DNA of 64,000 bases from Malacoraja senta (Eukaryota): the NCBI GenBank assembly GCA_038087875.1, contig CM075997.1, forward strand, positions 5,892,001-5,956,000, read 5' to 3'. A program made the translations under genes and the position numbers. The notes under the pieces were generated by a model, which had not been told where the DNA came from, did not search any database, and saw only the letters and a program-made list of their open reading frames with translations. Of this stretch, positions 49,361-62,300 are shown piece after piece (within the stretch, counting starts at the first letter, position 1; the number at the start of each line of letters is the position of its first letter).

Positions 49361-50559
49361 AATTATAGACCACAAGAAATTGTAGAGTTGTGAATCCAGG
49401 CGAGTCCATCACACAAAGCAGCCTCTCTTCCCTCCCCTCCCCCACCATCAAACGATTCCATCCACATTTCACGCTGCCTTGAGAAAACAACTAACATATT
49501 CAAGGACCACTCACAAACCTGTTCTTATCATCTCTCATCTCCTGTCGAACAGAAGATACCAAAGCTTGAAAGCATGTACCTGCGGATTTAATAACAGCTT
49601 CTTCTCTGCTGTTATCAGACTCTTGAATGGACTTTTCATGCTATAGATGAATTCCTATCTTCCTCAGTATAGCCCATGCACTTTTTAAAAACTGAACTTG
49701 TTTGGTATATTCTGAATGTTCGGCACAGACATTCGTGTGCTGTACTGTTCTATGTTACCTGGGCATCCGTCTTCAGTTCAGGTGCAACCCAGCCCTGTTT
49801 TACAGGTCATTTCAGCCTCAGAGGAGATCCCAATGGTCCAAAAACTTGAATCCTTGCCCCGCTCCTCAGCCACACATTAATTTGTCCTGTTCATACTCTT
49901 TTTAGCACATAGCACTGAAAGTAATTTAGAGATTACTTCCCTTTTTCGTGCCCTTTAATCTCCTGCCTAACTCCCTATGCATAACCTAATCCCCTTCATC
50001 TATGTTGTTGGTATCAATATGTATAAGGAACTCTTGCTGCACCCTGCTCCTTGATAATTTTCTGCAACTGTTAAGAAACATCCTTAACCATGGTACCCAA
50101 GAGGCTACATACCATCCTAGTATAGCAACCATACCAATTCTCTCCCACATGCTCATGATCTCCCACAGTTCATTGAACACCCACCTATATGAGGAGATCG
50201 TTTAAGTAGATAATTGACTTTACAATACTTTTTTGGGATGTGGGAGGAAAGTAGAGGACCCAGGGGAAACACACACTAGCACAAGGAAAATGTGCAAATT
50301 TCACAAAGGGAAGTACCTAAGATCAGAATCAAATCTGGATCTTTGCCACATGCACTGTTGCTCTGCCATATTACCAATATGATGAAACCAAACTGATATA
50401 GGACTAAAATTGGCAACTTTGCTACTTTGAAGGTTGTACGATTAGCGTCAGATTAGCATCTAACATATTAAAACACTTTTTAATGTGCTATGCTCCAGAC
50501 ATTTGTATGGTTTTATGTGCTCCTGCATTACAAATAGTTTGCATTACTTTCTTTTAAAG

Positions 50560-50833
50560 GTACATTGCAAGAGCTGATTTCTCACACTGTGGTTCATTGG
50601 GCCCAGGAAGCCTTCATCCAGAACCCTGAACTTGTGAGGTTGATGTTCAGCTTGCTGCATAGACAATACGATGGTGTCGGTGAACTTATCCGGGCTATGC
50701 CAAAGGCCTATATTATTAGCGCTACATCCGTGGAGGACACCATGAACTTGTTGGAATGTCTGGGTCAGATTCGCTCATTGCTCATTGTCCAAATGGGTCC
50801 AGAAGAAGAGAGGCTTATGATCCAGAGCATCGG
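50560..50833 (+). CDS. RYR1: Ryanodine receptor internal exon (274 bp)
   Basis: ttttaaag| acceptor and GG|gtatgt donor. Encodes (G)[38 protein letters not shown]...[24 protein letters not shown](G). Confidence 0.96.
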
Positions 50834-52318
50834 GTATGTATCAACAAATTAAATTATTAACAAGAGTTAAATAGATTTTGCAATAGGCCTTTGGGACCAT
50901 CCAGTGTTCTTACCAGCATCTATGATCCACTGAAGCAACTTACCATCAATTCTTTTTTGATTTCCAACCTCTGTAATCTCTTCTCCTTCATCACGTTTCC
51001 TCTATGGTGTGCCTTTGGTCTATAGCGTAGGGCTGTTAACCTCGCTGTTTACAGTTCTCGGGTTTTACCCTGACCTCCACTGTTCACTGTGAAAGTTTGT
51101 TATCCCTGCGGTCACATGGGCTTTCAACAGGTGCTATAGATTCTTCCCAATCCGAAAGATGTTCTACTCCCCTCATGCAATCTGGATTGATTACTCTCTC
51201 ATTGCAGATGTAACTAAAGAAAATAAGGAGAAGTTGATGGATACATGAAGGAGAATAGGCTGCTAGGAAATAAGGAGGTGGGGGGGGGGGGGGGGGGGCA
51301 GAATTGGTTGGTTTGCTTTGCAGCAAACTAGCATGACATCAATAGGCCAAATGCTCTTCTGCTGCATCATAGTGAATCAGCAAATCAGGCATCTGCAGCT
51401 TTTGTGAGAAAATTGTTTCCTCCAAAATAATTTCCTCCAAATTATCTACTCATTGGTGACCGTCTCGTATTTATGGCACCCCATTTTGCCTTTTGCTATA
51501 GTTTGCAATACTTCTTAAAAGAGCCCCAGCCAATTACAATACAGAATAGTAAAGCAGAAGAACAGGCCTACCGGCATACAATGACTGCCTATCACGATGC
51601 CAAGTTAAACTAATCCCATCTGCCTGCACATGATCCTTATCCCTCCATTCCCTGCATAAAGCTCATTCCTTCCTGATGGGTACAACTGAGAATGGCGGGA
51701 TATTGATCATGTACTGGCAGAGGAGATTTGTTTAACCTGGCATCATGTTCGACATGGACATTGTGGGCCATGCACTGTCAGCAGGGGCTACAATGTGAGC
51801 CACATCAACAGCGGTGTCACGGGAATGTGCGGTGGGTGAAGAAGGGCTTGCTGGTGCATCTTGAGAGGGTGGGGTCAGAAGCTGGGCCGTTGCACGGCCA
51901 GGGAGATGATAGGAGACAGGATGGGTCAGCAGGTTATTCCATTCACATTCAGTTTTCATTTTGTATTTGTTTTATTTAAGTTTCTTCCCCCCCCCCCCCC
52001 CCCCCCCCCCTCATGGTGCTTTAGAGACATGGGAGGGATGTCATTAGCGGGCCAGGGGTGTATTGTAATTTTGTTATCAGGTAACCTCAGTCATTCCACA
52101 AAAATGGATAATCATAACGGCTCTGGAACTGAGGGTACCGGAAAATCATTGTTGAAGCTGGTTATATCACAACTAAAGCAAAACATGAATTTGAGAAAAA
52201 TTGATACTGTACAATTAATGACAAAATATTTTACAATATATTCCAGTACTATTGCAATATTAGAAGGATTAGATTATACTATTAGCATATTTTTGTGAAA
52301 CAAGAAGGAAAAAAATAA

Positions 52319-52483
<165 letters not shown>

Positions 52484-54279
52484 TAAATTGACGTGATATT
52501 TTTTATATATATACTTATGGCCTCTTATTTGAATAGAATATTTTCAATTACTTTCTTCACAGAGGACCTGCATTATTTCAGCAGCTGCTTTTGTTCAACA
52601 TTATGTTATAACTTTACATCTCATTCCTGTTTTTCCATACATAAAGTATCATATTTGATAACATTCTGTGCTGTGTACTAGTGATAAATCAAAAATACTT
52701 GTAATAACTTGGAACGCACAAATGTAATTGAGTTTTTTTGCCTCAAAAAGGCCTTTTGACCAGTTAAGCCAATGCTGTATCAATACTGAGCAATGCATTC
52801 AGTCCCATTTCTCACATGTAACCTTCTGAGTTTATTGCCCTCGTGCCATCCACTTTCCTCTGAACTGACTAACTTTGTCTAGTTACCTTGTCGGCTGAAA
52901 GTTCCAAGTTAAAAAAATTGCTTTTATGCACCACATCTTAAAACTTAAAAATCTCTGATCCTTGTACCATTGGACAATTGAAACAGCTTTCCAATCTTTT
53001 GTAAACCTTCTGTAATAGTCCCTTCGATCTAGCTTGTCCATGCTGATCAACTTGGCTTATTGGGCTAGTCCTATTTGTCTGGCACATAGCCCTTTAATCT
53101 TCCTATCCATATATCTGTCCTATGTCTTTTAAAAGTCATAATTATATCTGCTTCTATAGCTTCCTCTGGAAACTCATTCCAGATATGAACTACCCACTGA
53201 GTGAAAAACGTCCTTGACTTTGTCCTTAAATCTCTCCCCTCTCACCTTCATGCTCTCTTATTATTTAAGTGTTCTACCCTGGGAAAAAGATAGTGATCAT
53301 TCACTTTGTCCATCTCCTTTGCGATCATGTGCATCTCAATAAGGTCACTCTGCAGCCTCCTATTCTTGTAGATCTCTTTTTTTTCTAATTGTCCTTTCTT
53401 CAAAAGAGAACAACTGCAGTTTCTCAAACTTACTTAACCTAATCAAAACATACTCATCCGTGAAACCAATCCGGTAAATTTCATTTGCACCCTATAGGGA
53501 GCCATACATTTTTTCCTAAAATGTGGTGACGCAGTACCCTCTGTGACCTATTAGAGTGCTACAACATTTCAAAATAATGTGCCGAGTTTCATTCTTAATG
53601 AAGCCCAAGAACTCATAGTTTTGCTTATTATTTTTCAGTATGTTCTGCAACCTTCAAAAATATATGTACATGATTTACTAGGGTGGTCTCTGTTCCAATA
53701 TACTCTTTGGAACAGTGCCATTAAATTTCTATAGGTTCTTACCATCCTTTTCCTGAAGTGAATCATCTTACACTTCTCCATATCAGCCTGTCATTCTGGA
53801 AGCCTATTCAAATCCTGTTGCTACCTTTTGGTATCACCTTCACTATTTGGTATACCTACATTGTGTAGCGTGGATGCATTTAGAAATTTTACTCAATGCT
53901 CTAATATCCAAGTTACTGGCATATCAAAAGATGCGATGACGCCTGGGAACTCCATTGTTATCCATCCCGTTGGTCTGAAGAGCAACTATTTACCACAGCT
54001 CGCTGATGTACTGATGTTCATCCTCCATGGGGCTCAATTTTGTCACCAGTCCTCTGTCGCACTCCGTTGGATTCTATTCACTAGTCTTCTCTATCATTGT
54101 GTCAAAATATTCAATGAAGTTCGTCAAACACAAACTGCCTTTCAAAATTATGTGCTGATTCTTCTTAATTCTTTTGGATCTCAAGCTTGTTAATTTTTCT
54201 CTCTGATCATTGTTCTAAAAACCTGATAGTAAACACTTAACCTCTGCAGGGCCTGTTCTGGATATTCCCGAATAGTCAA

Positions 54280-55612
54280 AAAGGGCTCAGTACAATGTGT
54301 ATCCAAAAGGGAGCGAGGCAAAATAAAGGAAATTATTGGCCAGTTAGTCTGACTTCTGTGGTTGCTAAAATTTTAGAGTCCTTTATTAAGGATGAGGTTT
54401 CGGGGAACTTGGAATAGGCTGAAATCAGCACGATCTTACCTAACAAATGTTTGAGGAGATAATAAACAGGATAGACAAAGGAGAGGCGGTTGATGTTGTT
54501 CACTTGGATTTTCAGAAGGCCTTTGATAAGGTGCTACATGTAAGGCTGCTAAGCAAGATAGGAGCCCAAGGTATTATAGACAAGGTGGCAGTTTGGATCG
54601 AAAATGGCTGACTGGCAGAAGGCAAAGTCTGGGAATAAAGGAGGCCTTTTCTACTTGGCTGCTGGTGACTAGTGGTGTTCTGCAGGGGTTGGTGTTAGAT
54701 CCACCACTATTCATGTTATATGTTAATGATCTGGATGAGGGATTTGATGACTTTGTGGCCAAGTTTGCGGATAATATGAAGATAGATGGAGGGGCAGGTA
54801 GTGTTGAGGAAGCAGGAAGAGGGGCAAAGAAGAGCACATGGAATACAGCATAATAAACTGTATGGTCATGCACTTTGGTAGAAGGAATAAAGGTGTTGAC
54901 ACTTTCTAAATGGGGAGAGGATTCAGAAATATGAGATGCAAAGGGACTTGGGTGTGCTGGTGCAGGATTCCCAAATGTTAATTTGCAGATTGAGTCAGCG
55001 GTAAGGAAGGCAAACGCAATGTTAGCATTCATTTCAAGGGGACTTGAATATAAAAGCCATGGTATAACGCTGAGGCTTTATCAGGCACCGGTGAGACCAC
55101 ATTTGTAATATTGTTAGCTGTGTAGGACCCTATATCTGAAAAAGGATGTGCTGGCTTTGGAGACGATCCAGATGAGATTTACGATATTGATCCTGGGGAT
55201 AATTGGATTAACATATGAGGAGCATTTGAAGTCTCTGGGCGTTTACTCACTGGAGTTTAGAAGGATGAGCGGTGATCTCATTGAAACCTACCGGTTAATG
55301 AAAGGCCGAGATAGTGTGGACAAGGAATGGATGTTTCCAGTAATGGGAGTGTCTAGAACCAGAGAGCACAGCTTCAGAATAAAAGGATGGACCTTCAAAA
55401 TGGAGATGAGGGTGGTGAATCTGTGGAATTCAGTGCCACAGATGGCTGTGGAGGCCAAGCAATTGAGTATTTTCTAGGTGGAGATTGATAGGTTCTTGAT
55501 TAGGAAGGGTGTCAAAAGTTATGGGGAGAAGGCAGGAAAATGGGGTTGAGAGGGAGAAGTAGACTCAATGGGCTGAATGGCCTGAATGGCCTAATTCTGC
55601 TCCTATATCTTA
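54280..55612 (+). mobile_element. Decayed CR1 LINE (RT to 3' UTR)
   Basis: [36 protein letters not shown] and a CR1 3' UTR. Confidence 0.88.
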
Positions 55613-55969
55613 AGGTCATTGATGAGTATGCTCTGGTAAAAGGAACATCAGGGGCAGAACTGAAATGGTTGTCAGGGAGCTACTGAATTAGAATTTACTA
55701 TTTGCATATTGCAATCTTCTGTGTATCCAGAAAAAAATGCAAGATGCTATCAAGTCCTTTTGCTATCTCTTTAGCCATCCAGACCAAGAAGCTTCGCCAC
55801 TGAAAGGGTGGTCAACCTTTCCAGTTGATTCAAAACCAGTTAACCGTTCTAAAATAAGTATCTTAAGACTGTGCGTAGTACTTCAAACATGGTTTTGCCA
55901 ATGCCCTGTCCATGGAAACTGTTACATTTTTAGCTAGTTCTCTAGTTCTGAGTCATACTGAACACTTTT

Positions 55970-56300
55970 TAATTCAATAACATCCTTCCTACAGCAGGAT
56001 GATCAAAATTGAACACAAAACTCCATATGGAGCCTCACCAACATCTTGTATAATTGTAACATAATATGGCAACTAATGTACTCAGTATCCTTACTGATGA
56101 AGGCCAATATGCCAAAAGCCTTCTTGACTACCCTATCTACCCGTGACGCCACTTTCAGGTAACTATGTACCTGCACTCCTACATCCCTCTGCACTACAAC
56201 TCCCGGTGCCCTACCATTCACAGTGAAGGTCCTGCCTGGTTTAACTTCCCAAAATGCGTCACCTCATAATCTTCGTCATTAAGATCCATTAACTATTCCA
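55970..56300 (-). mobile_element. CR1-clade LINE fragment
   Basis: ORF 56003-56221 QRDVGVQVHSYLKVASRVDRVVKKAFGILAFI. Confidence 0.8.
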
Positions 56301-56401
56301 CAGGCCAGTTAATTTTTCATCTTTGTTCATTATGAGAGCATAAATGGGTATTTAATTGAAATGTTAACACATGTTAATTAGACTTTGCTCTATTTTTATA
56401 G

Positions 56402-56534
56402 GAGATACGGTTCCCCAGAATGGTGACAAACTGCTGCCGATTCCTTTGCTATTTCTGTCGCATCAGTCGTCAGAATCAGAGAGCCATGTTTGATCATTTA
56501 AGCTACCTATTGGATAATAGTGGCATTGGACTGG
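56402..56534 (+). CDS. RYR1: Ryanodine receptor internal exon (133 bp)
   Basis: tttttatag| acceptor and G|gtaagc donor. Encodes [44 protein letters not shown](G). The EIRFP and SGIGLG segments favour RYR1 over RYR2/RYR3 (recalled as SSVGLA). Confidence 0.95.
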
Positions 56535-58391
56535 GTAAGCAGTTTTTTTTAGCCTGAAAGTTACCTCTAATTTCTTGAGCAAAATGTGACTTTTAAACAA
56601 AAGTAAAATTGATTTAGCAAGTAAATTGAAAGAACTTGGTAATTTAGCAATTTTGTATTGCTTTTTTCATCTTTTTGGTAAACATGAAATTACCAGTCTT
56701 TGAAATTAATTGTGTTCAAATAAATTTTGAGTGTTACTTGATCAATGTCCAACACTAATGGTAGGTAATGTTTTGGTATCATGCTGGCACTTCTAATTAT
56801 GAATTGTGCATTAGGGAGAGGGTTAGGATTATCAGTTCTCTCCTGTACTCTGACTCATCATTACCCATTCTTCATCCAACAACAGTGGTATCATCGGCAA
56901 GTTTAAAGATGGCGTTAGTATTGTGACTGACTATGATCATGAGTATAGAGTGGCTAGAGCAAGGACCTAACACACAGCCCTGAGGGGCTCCTGTGTTGAT
57001 GGTTTCTAGGAGGAAATGTTGTCAATTCTCATTGAACTCATTGTGTTCTGTCGATGAGGAAGTCGAGGATCCAATTGCAAAAGGACAAACAGAAACCCAG
57101 TTTCTGAGTGATGGTAAGTTTTGAGTCGGTCAGTAGTCAATGAGGCATGTCACCTTGGTCTTCTTGAAAGTGGAGCACTTCTATAATATTATGAATCAAG
57201 CAGTTGGGTACCTCAGACTTTAGTAGTGAGAGGTCGAAAATGTCTGCAAAAACTCTAGCCAATTTGTCCATTTAGGTTTTAAAAACGCGGCTAGGTACAC
57301 CATCGTAACTAGACACTTTCCAAAGGATTACCTTATGAAGGTAATAGATTACATTGGACTTGGTAATAGATTACATTATTGTCGGGAGCTGTGGGGGCTC
57401 AAATGAGCTCTCAAGAAATCAGCCATAGAGTACATGGTAATACAGCATTAAAAACAGGATGTTTGATGACCTGCCATCCAAGATGCCCCATCTACGCTAA
57501 GCCCATTTGACCACGTTTATCCCCTTTTCCTATTCTCTTTCCTAACTTTTTCCTATCCATGTATATCTCCCAATTTCTTAAATGTTGTTATTGTAACTGC
57601 CGCAATCTCTTCATCTGGCCGCTTGTTCCATATACACACCTCTATTCTTGAGTGAAGAATTTGCTCATCATGTCCCTTTTGAATCTTTCCCCTTTCACCT
57701 TAAACCTACTCCATGTTTGATTCCCCTTCTGTGGGGAAAAAGACTGCATTCACCCTCTTTGTGCCTATCCTGGATTTTGTACACCTCTATAAGATCACCC
57801 TCTCAGTCTCCTATGCTCCAAGGAACAAAGTCCTTGCCTGCCCAACCTCTCCCTATATCTCAGGCCCTCTGCAACATTCTTGTAAATCTTCTTTGGACAC
57901 TTAATAACCAAATCTATACACAATATTCCAAGTGAGGTCTCGCCAACGTCTTGTGCAATTGCAGTCCCAACTCCTGTATTCGTTGTAATAAAAATGAACT
58001 GCATTTACATAGACACAAATTGCTGGAAAAACTCAGTGGGTCAGGCAGCATCTCAGGAGAAAAGGAATAGGTGACGTTTTAGGTTGAGACCCTTCTTCAG
58101 ACCCGAAATGACACCTATTCCTTTTTCTCCAGAGATGCTTGCCTGAGTTACTCCAGGATTTTGTGTCTATCTTCAGAGTAAACCAGCATCTACAGTTCCT
58201 TCCTACACAGTGAACTGCAGAGGTTGGTGTATACCAAAAATAGACACAAAGAGCTGGAGTAATGCAGCGGGTTAGTCAGAATCTCTGGAGAAAATGGATG
58301 GGTGACGTTTCAGATCGGGGCCCTTCTTCACACTGCTTATAGGGGGAGGAACTGGAAGCAAGAAAACCAGGACAAATCAAGGCCGGCAACA

Positions 58392-58795
58392 TATAGAAAC
58401 ATAGAAACATAGAAAATAGGTGCAGGAGTAGGCCATTCGGCCCTTCGAGCCATTCAATATGATCATGGCTGATCATCCAACTCAGTATCCTGTACCTGCC
58501 TTCTGTCCATACCCCCTGATCCCTTTAGCCACAAGGGCCACATCTAACTCCCTCTTAAATATAGCCTATGAACTGGCCTCAACTACCTTCTGTGGCAGAG
58601 AGTTCCAGAGATTCACCACTCTCTGTGTGAATTTTTTTTTTCTCATCTCGGTCCTAAATGATTTCCCCTTAATCCTTAAACTGTGACCCCTTGTCCTGGA
58701 CTTCCCCAACATCGGGAACAATCTTCCTGCATCTAGCCTGTCCAACCCCTTAAGAATTTTGTACGTTTCTATAAGATCCCCCCTCAATCTTCTAA
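58392..58795 (-). mobile_element. CR1 3' fragment (second copy at ~62580-62985)
   Basis: RGDLIETYKILKGLDRLDAGRLFPMLG and catagaaa tail repeats. Confidence 0.9.
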
Positions 58796-58819
58796 AATAG
58801 ACACAAATATGACATCAGG

Positions 58820-59378
58820 CAGGGTGGTTCTGGATGTGCTCATTCTTAAGTGAACGTGGGTTCTCCCCTTCTGCTATAGATGGGTCCCTCACACGTGTCT
58901 CTTCTGTGTCCGCCAGTTTTGCTCTCACTCCCCACCCCTCCAGACGCAACACGAACAATTCCACTGGTCCTCACTCTCACCCACCAGCCTCCACATCCAA
59001 CAAATCATCCTCCGACATTTCCGTCACCTCCAACGTGTTCCCACCACTAATCACATCTTCCTATCTCCACCCCCTTCTGCAGAGACCACTCCCTCCACAA
59101 CTCCTTGGTTCACTCATGCATTCCAACCCAAACCACCCCCTCCCCAGGTACTTTCCCCTGCAACGCAGGAGATGCAACACCTGCCCTTATATCTCCTCCC
59201 TCGATTCCATCCAGGGACCCCGACAGTTCTTTCACGTGAGACAGACGTTTGCATGCATCTCCACTAACCTCATCTACAGCATCCGGTGTTCCCAATGTAG
59301 GCTCCTGTACATCAGTGAGCCAAGCATAGACATGGCAACCATTTCGCTGAATACTTACCCTCGGTCTGCCAAGGCCTA
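58820..59378 (+). mobile_element. Penelope fragment (second copy at ~63008-63567)
   Basis: FLSERGF..., RRRCNTCPY...TNLIYSIRCSQCRLLYISE (GIY-YIG). Confidence 0.85.
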
Positions 59379-62300
59379 ATCAGTCCTTGTCTATTCAAAT
59401 GCTGGTAGATCCTGCCCTCACAATACTCCCCAGTAACTTGCCCACCACTGTGAGATTAATCTTTATAAGAGGACCATTTAGTAGTCTGATAGCAGCAGGG
59501 AAGCTGTGCCTGAATCTAGTGTCCTCATTATCCCAATGTTCCAGTGATGAGTGCAGGACCGGGGAGATGGCATCTCCAGTAGATCTGTTGTGATGGTACA
59601 CAAACTGCAGTGGATCAAGGCTATAGGGAGGCTGGAGTTAATGAATGCCATGACCAGTCTCTTGAACTAGTACTTACTGATGATGGATGTCAGAGCCATT
59701 AAAGTTACCTTGCTTTTCGTTGGCACCGGGATGATAATGGGTCTTTTCAAAGCAGGTGATACAGAATAGAAAGACATAAAATATGTCTGTCAATACTCCT
59801 GCTAGCTGCTCAGTGCCTGGAACTCTGTCCAGGCCATTTGCTTTCAGGGGGTTCACTCTCAGAAGGATAATCTGACATCTGTAACAGTAACGGTAGGTAC
59901 AGGTGCAGTTACTGTTGGGGCACATGATCCAAGACAAGTTGGCAAACTGGATCCACAATCGACACGATAATGGCAGAGGATTGTTTTTGTGCTTGGATGC
60001 TTGTGACTAGATAGATGCTGAAATGCTTGATTGCAATACTCAAATGACTTGGATGTGGATGTGGGAAGCATGATCAGTAACTGTCGATGACAGGATGATT
60101 GGCTGCTTTATTGATAGTGTGGAAGATAGTGTTAGATTGCAGAGTGTGATGGTGAAATGGGCTGAAAGATAGCAGATGGAGTTTAATCCAGTCAACTATG
60201 AGTGATGCATTTTGGTTAGGATATACACTATAAATGGTTAGGCCTTCGGAAGTATTGCCGAACAGAGGGACCTCTGAGTGCAGGTCCATACATTATTGGT
60301 GGCAAATCAGATAGACAATGTGATTAAGAATGCATAGGAGTTGTCATTGTGTTCCACACAGTTTAGGGATGTTATGCGCCACCTTCATAAAACATTGATA
60401 GACACAAAAAGCTAGAGTTACTCAGTGGGACAGGCAGCATCTCTGGAGAGAAGGAATGGGTAACGTTTCAGATCGAGACACTTCTTCAGACTGGCTAGGG
60501 ATAAGGGAATCTAGAGATATAGACGATAATGAGGAGAGATAAAGAACAATGAATAAAAGATATGCAAAAAAGTAGCGGATAAAGGATACAGGCCATTGTT
60601 AGCTGTTTGTTTTCGGGGATAGGGCCAGTGTACACCTGGAACAGGGTACAATGTTCAATGTACCCTATAAAGAGGCAGGCATAGCTGGGGCCCATGCAGC
60701 TGCCCATAGCAATGTTCATAAAACATTGGTCAGACCTCAGCTGGAGTACTCCATGCTGTTCTGGTCACTAGATCAGGCACAGATGAAGTTCTCCAGGAAG
60801 TTTGCCTGGGATGGAGCAGTTCTGTTATGAGGACTGATGGGGAAATACTAGGGGAAGAGATTTAGAAGGGATCTGAGGGAATCTTCACCCAGAGAGTGGT
60901 GAGTACCAGGAATGTACTGCTGGAGAGAGTGGTTGAAGCTGGGTCAGTGTAAGCACTACGAAGTGTCTAGGTGATCATATGAATTGCATTAGGGAGAGGG
61001 TTAGGATTATCAGTTCTCTCCTGTACTCTGACTCATCATTACCCATTCTTCATCCAACAACAGTGGTATCATCGGCAAGTTTAAAGATGGCGTTAGTATT
61101 GTGACTGACTACGATCATGAGTATAGAGTGGCTAGAGCAAGGACCTAACACACAGCCCTGAGGGGCTCCTGTGTTGATGGTTTCTAGGAGGAAATGTTGT
61201 CAATTCTCATTGAACTCATTGTGTTCTGTCGATGAGGAAGTCGAGGATCCAATTGCAAAGGACAAACAGAAACCCAGTTTCTGAGTGATGGTAAGTTTTG
61301 AGTCGGTCAGTAGTCAATGAGGCATGTTACCTTGGTCTTCTTGAAAGTGGAGCACTTCTATAATATTATGAATCAAGCAGTTGCGTACCTCAGACTTTAG
61401 TAGTGAGAGGTCGAAAATGTCTGCAAAAACTCTAGCCAATTTGTCCATATAGGTTTTAAAAACGCGGCTAGGTACACCATCGTAACTAGACACTTTCCAA
61501 AGGATTACCTTATGAAGGTAATAGATTACATTGGACTTGGTAATAGATTACATTATTGTCGGGAGCTGTGGGGGCTCAAATGAGCTCTCAAGAAATCAGC
61601 CATAGAGTACATGGTAATACAGCATTAAAAACAGGATGTTTGATGACCTGCCATCCAAGAAGCCCCATCTACGCTAAGCCCATTTGACCACGTTTGACCA
61701 ATATCCCCTTTTCCTATTCTCTTTCCTAACTTTTTCCTATCCATGTATATCTCCCAATTTCTTAAATGTTGTTATTGTAACTGCCGCAATCTCTTCATCT
61801 GGCCGCTTGTTCCATATACACACCTCTATTCTTGAGTGAAGAATTTGCTCATCATGTCCCTTTTGAATCTTTCCCCTTTCACCTTAAACCTACTCCATTT
61901 GTGTTTGATTCCCGTTCTGTGGGGAAAAAGACTGCATTCACCCTCTTTGTGCCTATCCTGGATTTTGTACACCTCTATAAGATCACCCTCTCAGTCTCCT
62001 ATGCTCCAAGGAACAAAGTCCTTGCCTGCCCAACCTCTCCCTATATCTCAGGCCCTCTGCAACATTCTTGTAAATCTTCTTTGGACACTTAATAACCAAA
62101 TCTATACACAATATTCCAAGTGAGGTCTCACCAAGGTCTTGTGCAATTGCAGTCCCAACTCCTGTATTCGTTGTAATAAAAATGAACTGCATTTACATAG
62201 ACACAAATTGCTGGAAAAACTCAGTGGGTCAGGCAGCATCTCAGGAGAAAAGGAATAGGTGACGTTTTAGGTTGAGACCCTTCTTCAGACCCGAAATGTC

